The notes beneath the pieces were generated by a model, which had not been told where the DNA came from, made no database searches, and worked only from the letters and a program-made list of their open reading frames with translations. From Halocafeteria seosinensis (lineage: Eukaryota), in assembly GCA_001687465.1 (NCBI GenBank), contig LVLI01000328.1, forward strand, positions 62,001-95,451: a DNA stretch of 33,451 bases, given 5' to 3'. The position numbers and the translations under genes are program-made. Below are positions 11,009 through 23,018 of the stretch, piece after piece; position 1 is the stretch's first letter, and every line of letters begins with the position of its first letter.

Positions 11009-12993
11009 TTAGAAAAACTGGTCGAAGTCATACGAGCTATCTTCCGTGTTTCTTTGGCCGGCTGTTTCACCGTTTGCCTCTGCAGCCGTCCCTTCCTTTC
11101 TCTGTAATCTGTTCTGTTCCTTGCGAAGCTTTCTGCTTTGTTTCTTCATCTCTTGATTCCTTAGAGACAACTCCGATTGCGGATTGGCACGTCGTTCATC
11201 TTCGTCGAGGAGATCTTGCTTAGGACGAGTTTCCTCACCCTTTGAAGCCTTACTCTTCTTTCCAGCGACAGCATACTGTTTACTTGGTTGTTCGTCTTCC
11301 GACTCCTCGTCTTCTGATGATTCATCCTCTTCCATGTCCTCATCATCTGATTCTATGGATTCCTCTTCTTCGGATTCATCTTCCTCAACCAACATCTCAT
11401 TATTAGAAGGCTCGGATGGCTTAAGAACCATATACTTATCTGTATCTCCTCTTTCTAGTGCCTCAATATCAAATTCCTGCAGTCCATATATACAAATATG
11501 AGGGTTCTAGCTAAACTGCCGAAGCCCAACCAATATTATAAACACACTAACCTTGCTCCAGTCTTCGACAATATCAGTATCGAAAGTGTCGTTATCCTTA
11601 TCTTCTGGAGGGAGCGTGTAAAACGGAATGCGCCCGCTATTCCAGTCTTCCAAAACTAGTTTCGCAGCAGCTGTTTTATCAGGAACACCACCTTTGCCAA
11701 GCTTCCCACGAGCATGGGCTATGCTGGCGAGAAAACCACCAACATCGTCGAATTTGGGCACACTGTAAATTTTCATCAAGCTGGACCAATCACAACGGTC
11801 CAGAATTCCCATTACCGCGAGTTCCGGATCTTCTATCTGGTCGACACTGATACAGTTTCGAAGCAGAAGGCTCGCGCTCGAATTCTGGCTTCCTCGTACG
11901 TCATTTTCACTATCAAATATTATCCCGGGGCAATCCAGCAGTTTTACTTTGCTGTCGAGAACAATCTCTTGCATATTCGTTGTCTTTCCGGGACGCGGTG
12001 AGACACCAGCAGCTTTGTGCCGCCGAAGTGAGTTAATTAAACTGCTCTTGCCGACATTGGGGTATCCAATGATCCCAACTGTGACAGCGAGTTGTTTGTC
12101 TCCGGCCCTAGAATAATTCTTTATGGCTTGTAAAATCGTCTCCGCACCAGCTGCACCGGCACCAGTGACAGCCTTGCCTTCCCGGGCGGCTTTTCCCACT
12201 CGAGCACCATGGGCCGCCGATAATTTGTTGTTCTGTTCTTGGGTCGATGCCTTGAAGGCTATAGTGTTATGGAATTGTCGAAGATATCTCAGCCACTTTT
12301 GCACTGCTTCTGCTGGGACCATATCTATTTTATTGAGTACAAAAACAAGACGTTTCTGTTTTCCATCCACAGGTTGCAGCACTGTTTTCTCAACTGCATG
12401 GGATCGAGACCCCAATGGGTCCCTTGCATCCAACACCTCCAGGATTATATCCGATTTTTCCACCACCTTCCTTAATTCTTTGAAAAACGCTCTACGTGTC
12501 CGACTGGCAGCGTTTGTCGCCGAGAGACTATCTAAATTGATTCCTTCTTCTTCGTGTTGCCTATTCCGTTCCTGTAAGGCTTCATATTTATTCTGACGGG
12601 CTTGCGCATCCGACATCATGTCACTCAGTTGGTTCGAGCTGTTGCCGTTGAGTTTCCTTCGTTCAGCCTGCGTACATAACAAAATCCGTGCAATCAATTA
12701 CAAACGAAATTTTGCCGCCAGCAAGTACATACAATCTGCCAAGCTCGTTTTTGACGTATGCGTTCATTTTCCTTGAGTGTTTCCTGCTCCTGTTGCATTT
12801 TGCGCACCAGTTGGTCCTTGAATGGGTGCAAGTTCGGGATCCCCGGGTCCTTTTTGAGCGACTTCCGTTGGTTGGGATTCTTCCTAGCTTCCCTCCTTTG
12901 CTTGCGATGATGCTCTTTCACTCTTCTATCGACTTTAGCTTTATGCTTTAGAGTTTGGCGTTTGGTTTGGGGTTTTTTCGGTTTCGGTACCAT
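11009..12993 (-). CDS. GNL3: Nucleolar circularly permuted GTPase GNL3/nucleostemin (Nug1/Grn1); exons 12993-12733, 12667-11552, 11476-11009
   Basis: Basic N-terminus with KKDPGIPNLHPFK, then VLDARDPLG, NKID (G4) before GYPNVGKSS (G1) and DCPG (G3), DWNSGRIPFYT.PP, and an acidic tail ending YDFDQFF. Introns 12668-12732 and 11477-11551 are canonical and phase 0. Confidence 0.95.
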
Positions 12994-13335
12994 TTTTCAC
13001 CTCTTTCGTCCCTCTACAGTCCACAAATCTCCAAGGAATCTACTAATTTGAATCTTGAGGAGTCGATAAAAAGAATCAGATCTAGTGTATATACACTCCA
13101 ATACGACGAAAATGGCGTCTATAGTGTGTAGTTCCATGGCGGCAGAGCCTCGTCAGCAGTGTCACTTCAAGCAAACAAACAAATGTGCGCCTTGAGGTAC
13201 TTCAACTTCAACAAAACAACAAAAAGGGTCTATAAGGGCTACTCAGAGGGGGACCACTTCGCTGAGGGCATTCTGATTGATATAGAGGCTGTACAGCGCC
13301 CCATACATCATTCGGACCCAAGAGAACCCTAAAAA

Positions 13336-13722
13336 ATGTAAGTGATAGCTTGTACCGTGTTTGTCAGCGGTAGTGAAGTAACATATGGGCACATGCAGGG
13401 GAGACAATCAACTTCGGCTCCAGAACGCCAAAGGCGGGGGTGGAAAAGGAGGCAAAAGCTCCTTCAAAAAGAGGACAGCGTACGTTGATCACGCCCCATA
13501 GGGGTATCAAGTTGAAGTACAAACGTGTGTGGATACTATGGTGTGGGTATTGGGGTTGTTCGGTGCAGGAAAGCGGCGCGCCAACTCAAAGAAGCAGCGG
13601 GGGCCGTCTTGGACAGAAACAATGAGACAACAGCTAAAATACAAGATTTCGTTGGACATGCAGCTTTATTCGCAGGTGCATGCTACTTGATCTACCAGCA
13701 CGGCCATAAGCTAGCAGTATGA
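13336..13722 (+). CDS. 50-aa tail-anchored protein resembling plant-type mitochondrial import receptor subunit TOM5; exons 13336-13337, 13569-13722
   Basis: AT|GTAAGT...TGCAG|G rebuilds ATG in frame: MKAARQLKEAAGAVLDRNNETTAKIQDFVGHAALFAGACYLIYQHGHKLAV*. The C-terminal FAG-hydrophobic-xG.xL/MAV pattern is like plant Tom5, from memory. Confidence 0.65.
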
Positions 13723-14092
13723 GAACCTTCAGTAGCTGACCTGCTTCAACAGCTGAACACATGGTTCCCCACAGGAGGAGCTGAAGTGACAAGGCAAGTA
13801 ATTACGTGACACAAAGGTTACGGATATGGCCACCAAATTGGAAAGGTAGCTCGAAATGCTTCTGCAAACAAAATAAGGAAGCTGCCTATCGACTGTCAGT
13901 GTGATGGAATGGAGTCCGTGACGTAAATGCGGACGCATCTTGAGTGATCCAGAGGTTCTTCGTTCCCTGACGGTTCTTGTCACGATTCCTTTGTTGCCTC
14001 CAAATAATATCTTTATCAGGTGTACGCACACCGTCGTAAATCAATACGAAACACTGGCACAATACGCTAAACATTATCACTTATAATCTGGA

Positions 14093-15366
14093 TCATGCCG
14101 CCCTCTTTGTACCGAGAACGTAGCTCATGTTTTCTCCGCGAATTGCCAAGTTTGGCAACTCTGACGACACACGCTCCTCCTCTTTTTGCTTGTTCTCTGC
14201 TTTCTGCCTTTGATACCGTTCTCGAGCTTCTTGTGTCATCATTTGTGTGCCGTGTTTCTTGAATAATTCTCTGAGTCGCGTAAACTCTTCCTTGGTGGAG
14301 TAACCATGACCTGTGAGTGGGTCCCTGTACTTCGCCTTCTTGTTTCGATCAAAATAGTTCCCGGAAGCCTTCGGATACGGTGGGTTCACGCTATTGATTA
14401 CTGAAGGTACTTCATCTACTTCTGTGAATACCAGAAGATCTCCACCACTGCGGCTACTGTGATACACGACACGGGGACCTCGAGCTTTCGTTTTGGAGGA
14501 AGTTGCTTTGCGTTTCCTGGCAGCTTCCTCTTCCATCCGCTGAAGAACGTTTAGACTTCGAAGATTTTTTATAGTTGTTTCTGCAGCCTCTTTGAGGCAA
14601 TCCTCCTGAGTGAGTTGAGGCTGTTTCGGTTGCTTCGGTGTAGCTGTCACCTTGGCGGCTTTAGCTTCCTTCTCTGATTGTTCTTGCTGATTGGATTCTA
14701 CATACTCTCTCACTCGTTTTGTTGACGTCCGTAGAGCTCGATCAGGTTCCGTGATCGTCGGTACTAAAGTGTTACGATTTTGACTGGACGAAGCACCGGT
14801 TTGGGCAGAGCTCGCCGCTGACGATACAGTTGTAGCCGCCGCAGAGGATGCGCTAGTACCTGATTCTCCCGCTATTTCCCTCAATTTCTGTTTCTGCTTT
14901 TCGACTTCTCGTCGTAAGGCTTTCGTGCTCTTTTTCTGGAGAGCCGGGTCAGCATATGATTCAGCGGCTGCCGACTGGGTGTACGCCGCCGCGAACTTCT
15001 CTGCCTGAGCTTGTCTCTGTTCATCTCGCTCCTTTTCTAGTCTATCAGCATCTTCATCAGGTTCTGGCTGGTCTATATCGCTGTCACTACTGTCACTTTC
15101 AGCTGCAACATGAGAGCTATCAAGAAGTCATAACTCGTAAACTAACCCCCATTCAATACACCATACGAACGTGTTGTATCCGTGAACTCTTCGTCAGATT
15201 CATCCTCATGAAAAGCATCCTGATTCCAAAACTCCTCGTCGGCCTCCTCAGCCTCTCCTACGAGCTGTGTACGCCGTGTACCACGCGTACTGCGTTGCGG
15301 CAAGGCCTTCTTGCCTTGAGCAGGAGACTCATTGCCGCCACTCGCGGACGATGATGAAGCAGGCAT
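14093..15366 (-). CDS. VPS72: VPS72/YL1 (Swc2) H2A.Z chaperone of the SWR1 complex; exons 15366-15171, 15102-14093
   Basis: RSTRGTR...EEADEEFW..F.EDESDEEF, LRTSTK, LTQEDCLKEAAET...NL.SL and the YL1_C motif AKYRDPLTG.GY...EEF..LRE. Intron 15103-15170 restores frame. Confidence 0.92.
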
Positions 15367-15562
15367 TCTCCTTGGTTTATTAGGTATTTGTAATGTATGA
15401 ACAAACCCGAAGACACTCAACTGCACTTCCTGCAAGTTGCCGTGAAGATGGAAGATGACATGCTTCACAAGTGAACAGCAATGCATACATTCAAGTCAAC
15501 GTAGCGAAGAGGTACACACTATTTGATACACAGTTGAAGTCGTTGGGAAAACGGATACAGTT

Positions 15563-15581
15563 AAAAAAAAAAAAAAAAAAA
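15563..15581 (+). repeat. A19 homopolymer (U-tract about 180 nt downstream of the beta-tubulin stop on the minus strand)
   Basis: 19 consecutive A. Confidence 0.9.
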
Positions 15582-15763
15582 TTACATACGGGTTGATTAT
15601 TATATGCCAATACAGATTAAGACCATGCTATTGGGTGTGACCATTGCACTCCTAGGATCTATGGGGTCTTGTTGGCCTACGTACAAAAATCATGCGAGGG
15701 CACAGTTTTGTGCACCTTTTTCTCTGTTTACATTTCTTAAAAGGGTTATCGTTGGATCTTTGT

Positions 15764-17638
<1,875 letters not shown>

Positions 17639-18527
17639 TTTGGAAGAAAAAAAAGAAGTTTCTCAACAACAAAAAAATACAAAGTAAATGTGGAAATTTA
17701 CTGTTTTTTTCTTTATGATCTCTTGTCCTTCTGGGTAACAATAGACTCCTGAATCTTTCCTGTATGCTATCTCCCAACCTTCCGCCGGCTTCCGGGCCAT
17801 TAGCCGGGATCCTCCGGGCGGATGGCCCGGATTGACAACAACTTGTCAACAAGTTGCCAACAACGGCAACTTCATTGGGGATACAAAGTTCCCTAGAGAG
17901 GATGTATCGTGCGCTTCCACAAAGTCACTCGTGGAGTACCAAGCAATTAAAATCCTAACGGACTCGTTATAGGAGGGAAAATTACAGTGAATACCAGAGC
18001 ATTCTATATTAATGATTCCTCGACAATTCTCCACCCCAACGAGCTGAGCAGAAAAACTTAAGCGTAAAGTTCGGATTTCCCATAGCAGAATATGCTGTTT
18101 TGAAGACACTTACATTCTTCGCTTGTCCTACCAATACTCAATGAATACTGACTACACTAATAATACCAAAATGTAGTTCCACTGCACGACACAACCATTG
18201 AACAGTCCGACTCGGTTACACATGTCATTTATGTCTCTTCAGCGGTTTATATGAGCAAACGAGTCCACTGAGGATTAATTCCCTTAGTGAATGACCTGGT
18301 TACGTTACTCTCTATGTGGGTTGGAAGTTCGAACAACTTGGAACGTCGTTGTGAAGCACTTCAAGTTCACAACATCCTGGATCGCATGCAAATGCTGCAC
18401 CAGTATTATTCGTCTGTCAAGAGGGGGTTTGGATTCCATGGCATATAAGAAGCATACGAGTATTAATTGCGTCTCAGGAGCTGCTACTTTGCTCCAAGTT
18501 TCAGTCGCCAGCATTAGCCCCAAGGCC

Positions 18528-21263
18528 ATGGCTGAGAACGATAAGTCCAATGACACAAGTACGAGCGAGGATGGAAATACAAACCGTCATGCTTCTCAAG
18601 AGGTTCATTCAGTGCGATCCTTGAAGAAGAAGCCGTCAGTGGATGAATTCGCTGTTTCCGCAACAGATGTAGGAGAAGGAAACTTTTCACGAGTGATGCG
18701 TGCCAAGCATCGTAAGACTAAGGAGCTCTTCGCTTTGAAACAAATCGACAAGGATAAAGTTCGGAGGATCTCCTACCGCCATCCGAATGCGAAGAATGAA
18801 GTCCTCATGGAGCGTCGAGTGCTTTACTCTGTGCGGCACCATAATGTCACGCGGCTCTTTCATACCTGGCAGGATGACCAGTCTCTTTATTTCCTGATGG
18901 AGTTCGCAGAAGGAGGCGAGTTCTGGGACCGTCTTATGGATTCAAATGAAGCTTATGATCCAGTGAGCTCAGAAATTTACTCTCCAGATGCAAAGAAAAG
19001 CATGGTTGGGTGCTCAGAAGATGAAGCAAGACGAGTGTTGTATCAGACAATTTTGGGACTTCAACACCTTCATACAGTGGGGTTCGTACATCGAGACTTG
19101 AAACCAGAGAACTTAATGCTCACAAAATACGCTCATGTAGCAGATGACAATGATAGCTCTAGAAGCCAAAAAGTATTGCCTATGGAAAGGGTGATTCTCG
19201 TGGATTTTGGAACAGCGAAAGATGTGATAGCATGCAATCTCAACGGCCCTGAATTCGTTGGCACGGCCCAGTATATGGCTCCGGAGGTTATCAATAGCAA
19301 AGGTGCGGGTGCGTTTCATACACCTCGACAGCGTGCTTTAAGGCGTGCAAAATCACAAGAAGAGCCTGATCGCTACCATAAGGGGAGGCGTGAGAGTCTC
19401 AGAGAAGTTAGACGGAGAGCATGGGAGAATGGAGCCACACCTGCTTCCGATTTGTGGGCAGTAGGAATTATGCTCTACCAGGTGCTAGTTGGGTTTAGCC
19501 CCTTTGAGGATCAAAGTGACTTTTTGACAATGGATAAAATCCGGACATACGCAAAGCTACGCAGCTCAAACGACCCGTGCTGGCAAGAGTACTTGCGCTT
19601 TCCCCCTTGGATATCTTCGGATGCCAAAGACCTGATCATCCTTTTGCTGGAGCCAGATCCTAGGCAACGTCTTCAACTGTTTAACCAAGAGGGACCTCAC
19701 TACCAAAATCCAGATAGCCACGAAATTTACGATAGGATTCAAACGAGGATAGAGGAAGCAAGCTATCCAGTGCCTCGTATGCGTCCAGAGTTGAAGATTA
19801 ATTATCAGCCCTTATTAGACCACTCCTTCTTCAAGGCTCTTCCACTAGCATACAGGAAGTGGTGCAGTGACCCGACCAGTGCTGAAGAAACAGAGGCAAG
19901 TGTGGAAAGGTTCAACGATGAGAGGGCGACCGAGGCTCCACTGGCAACCGAGTTGCTCGCTGCTGTCAAGACGGAGCATTCTTCGGATTCTGTTAAGGGG
20001 AGGCTGGCTTCTTTTGATAGGCTCTATCAGCAGTTTTCAGTTGCAAGACAACTTTTGTCTTTGCGGGAAATGGATGAGAATACCGAAGGCACTTGGAAGA
20101 GAAGGCTCATCCATGAAGTTTCCCTCCGCCGTGGGGCATGGCGAACTGCCATTCTGGCCGCGCTGCTCCCAACCCCTAATATAGTTGCTCTCTCCAGGCG
20201 CTCAAGTTTGTGTGAACAAGCCGCCGTAGAGTTTACGTATTCAATCAGATGTGGCCCGTACTTCCGCTGGAATAATCCTCGGGAACGTTTATCTAGCACT
20301 CACATTGCCATCGAGGATCCAAACATGTTTTCCCAGCCATTCAGCATTGCCTTCCTGAATTTCTGCGATATGCCGGTTGGAGAGTCGCTAGGGACACTAA
20401 CCAGACGAATATTTACAGCAATGAACCGCTGGTCCAGAGGTCCTGATTATGCCCTTGCAGTTGTCTTATTGCCACAAGTAATATTAGAAAACCTCCAAAC
20501 CGTATCGTATCTGCTGGAGAGCTTTCCGGCTTTTCGACGAGGAAATGAAGAGACGAGTTCTGGAGGATATGTAAAAGATTGTGTGCTGTGCTCACCAGAG
20601 TCAGCGGAGAGATACTTCTACCCTAAATTGTTCCATACTACCAATTTTGCAATGTGGAAGGGTGGTGTTCGAATACTGTTTTGCGACCCAGAAGTTCCGC
20701 ACGAAGATGAAAACTCTGAAAGCATGGATACCATTATGACCTGGTTACACAACCAACTGACCACAGCAACGTTTGGTGCCCAACATGTCGTTGTCATGCT
20801 TACACAAGCCCCCGAAAGAATTCTCGAGGGGGGAAGACTCAGTACTCTTGAACGATTTCGAGATTTGCTAGGGCATATATGCAACGAACAGAGTAATGTC
20901 CGATGTGTTGTCGCCCCCAGTGCGGAAGGTTATAGCTCCCAAGAAGGAACTGCAGTATATAGAACGGTGGAAGACCTACTCAAACAGGTTGCTTCACTAC
21001 ACTCTTCAAGTGGAGAACTACTGCCGTCGCCGTCCGCTGCGCTTGAGTGTGACGTTTGCTATCAGAACCATCATCAAGGCAAAGAAGACGAGGCGGCTGA
21101 TGCAGAGGATAGCGACTCAGACAAATCGGATACCGGTAACGGTATAAAATTAGTACGTCTTCCACCCTTCGGAATGAAAAGCAGTCGGATCTGTAGTCTA
21201 ACCATTGAAGAATATGGTGTTCATAGTCACTACGATTGCGATGTAGAAGTAAGAGATTTATAG
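18528..21263 (+). CDS. AGC-group PDK1-like Ser/Thr kinase with a C-terminal degenerate calcineurin-like (CPPED1-like) phosphoesterase domain; intronless (ORF open from 18291)
   Basis: VGEGNFSRV, FALKQI, HRDLKPEN, DFGTAK, FVGTAQYMAPE, SDLWAVG, PF....FLTMDKI are PDK1-like. ATG 18528 is in GCCATGG context. The C-terminal half has a CPPED1-like pattern and no recognisable PH domain. Confidence 0.88.
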   Translation: MAENDKSNDTSTSEDGNTNRHASQEVHSVRSLKKKPSVDEFAVSATDVGEGNFSRVMRAKHRKTKELFALKQIDKDKVRRISYRHPNAKNEVLMERRVLYSVRHHNVTRLFHTWQDDQSLYFLMEFAEGGEFWDRLMDSNEAYDPVSSEIYSPDAKKSMVGCSEDEARRVLYQTILGLQHLHTVGFVHRDLKPENLMLTKYAHVADDNDSSRSQKVLPMERVILVDFGTAKDVIACNLNGPEFVGTAQYMAPEVINSKGAGAFHTPRQRALRRAKSQEEPDRYHKGRRESLREVRRRAWENGATPASDLWAVGIMLYQVLVGFSPFEDQSDFLTMDKIRTYAKLRSSNDPCWQEYLRFPPWISSDAKDLIILLLEPDPRQRLQLFNQEGPHYQNPDSHEIYDRIQTRIEEASYPVPRMRPELKINYQPLLDHSFFKALPLAYRKWCSDPTSAEETEASVERFNDERATEAPLATELLAAVKTEHSSDSVKGRLASFDRLYQQFSVARQLLSLREMDENTEGTWKRRLIHEVSLRRGAWRTAILAALLPTPNIVALSRRSSLCEQAAVEFTYSIRCGPYFRWNNPRERLSSTHIAIEDPNMFSQPFSIAFLNFCDMPVGESLGTLTRRIFTAMNRWSRGPDYALAVVLLPQVILENLQTVSYLLESFPAFRRGNEETSSGGYVKDCVLCSPESAERYFYPKLFHTTNFAMWKGGVRILFCDPEVPHEDENSESMDTIMTWLHNQLTTATFGAQHVVVMLTQAPERILEGGRLSTLERFRDLLGHICNEQSNVRCVVAPSAEGYSSQEGTAVYRTVEDLLKQVASLHSSSGELLPSPSAALECDVCYQNHHQGKEDEAADAEDSDSDKSDTGNGIKLVRLPPFGMKSSRICSLTIEEYGVHSHYDCDVEVRDL

Positions 21264-21402
21264 GGTAGGGTTGATTTCTATTATCAAAGGCTAAGCAAGC
21301 ATCGCAAAGACCTTCCTGAAAGAGCACTGGGCGAAGCCGAATGCACAGCTGAGGTACATATCAGCCAGGCGTGACTCCTAAGTTCTTGTAAAGTAGAGTC
21401 GC

Positions 21403-21920
21403 TTAAGCAGAAGCCGCTTCAGCCGGTCCTCCTCCCTGCTGTCCAGGGGCTGGATTTATCAATGTGATATTATCACCTTTCAATAATAGTCGCCCTGCAA
21501 ACATGATAAAACAGTCAAACAAATGTTCACATCTAACCATGCAATACCTTCTTATCCATTCGCTTACCTAGAGATTTTCGCTGTTTCCGTTTGAGATGAA
21601 TCTCTTCAGCATCATCCAATACCACATTCATGTACTCATCAAACCCCTGAAACAATTGCATAAAGCATGTAAATAAAGCTCGTTTTACATGAGTCTCTGA
21701 AAACATACCAACAATCGTCCCTCTAATCGCGTATTTGACTGCTCAAACAACCATATTTGCACCCTCACTTTCTGCATTAGGACAAGCAGGTCAATCACGA
21801 ATGAAATACCTAGGAGTATAGCCCACTTACAGCTTGTAAAAACCTGAATATCTGTGTAATGGGCTGCACCATAACCTTGGCGCCACCACCGCCGCCTCTG
21901 TTTTGACCCCGAGATGCCAT
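21403..21920 (-). CDS. SNRPE: Small nuclear ribonucleoprotein E (SmE), 107 aa; exons 21920-21831, 21771-21709, 21646-21568, 21494-21403
   Basis: Spliced product ...[52 protein letters not shown]...[15 protein letters not shown] has the Sm1/Sm2 motifs of SmE. It is missed by the ORF track because the exons are short. Confidence 0.95.
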
Positions 21921-23018
21921 TTTAAACACACTGTACCTTCCACAAGCCACAGACGAGCAAGATTAGAATTTATAGAGGACGATCCTATGTTTGGCATCGA
22001 CACATGGGCCCTGGAATCAACCCTAATGAAGCAAAGATTGTGGCAAAGGCCAAAAAGCAACGAAAAGATTGCCTCCCAAGTTGGAGGTAGCCGCTCAAGG
22101 TCCTAAGGTTAGGTGCCAGGCTTGTACGCTAACCCGCTTACCCACAGTGCTGCACACTATGCCACACCATCTATAACGCTCGTCCTCTTACATAGCGTCT
22201 GCTTTATTGGAAACCAATATTTCCTTATGAAAATCTGCACTCAGTCATTTTCTTTTGGTCACACTTCCTGGACTTCTACAGCCAATACACTGAATACAGG
22301 TGTACCCGTACTCCTGTCGTCTGAAAGTCTCTGAATACTGGCCGCTTCCAGCCGATAACGCAGGCAGACTTTAATGCATGTTCACATGGCAACTTAATGG
22401 TGTTATGCGCACATGTCGTTTTTCCGTAACTGATAGCGCTGTTATTTTAAGTAATGTGTACATGTGTATTGGTCCTACAGGAAGACGTGCCGTGACGCGT
22501 GTACACTGTACTGAACTACCGAAATCGGAGGAAGCTCGTAAATTTGCACCGTTTTTATTATAGTACCAGGTAGTTTTTATTGAGAAATGAGGAGCGAAAT
22601 CAATTACTGTGTATGATTTCCCCGTTTGGCTTGATTGTGGAGCTTTAGGAATACATGTACCTACAGTGTCCTACAAGTCCTGTACTCCTGCAGTGCAAGA
22701 CCTGCAGGCTGCAGGTTGTTCGTGTGTATTAGTATTGCTCCTACCGGAAGACGTGTAGGCTACAGGCTACGCTACGCCATGTAAGGTGGACCCTACCCGG
22801 AACCGGTCCAACATGTTCACCATCAACGTGACAGACAGTTTGGTCGTCATCGTGAACGGTTGCAGTTCCGTGCAGTTCCGCAGAATAGAACAGCTCTACT
22901 TCATAGAAGCAGAACCGTCCGTCATTTGTTTTGGACGACCACTAGACGGAGAGTGTCCGATTCTATAACACTAAATTCAATGAACAGGGCGCGAGTCGCG
23001 GAGGATAGCATTGTGAAT

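Noticed and set aside
13325..13333. Telomere-like AACCCTAA words (also ~2279-2288 and ~3973-3980)
   Set aside because: Single short copies are expected by chance and do not form an array.
18291..18527. 79-codon N-terminal extension of the kinase ORF
   Set aside because: It does not look protein-like and ATG 18528 has better context; probably 5' UTR or promoter, though not proven.
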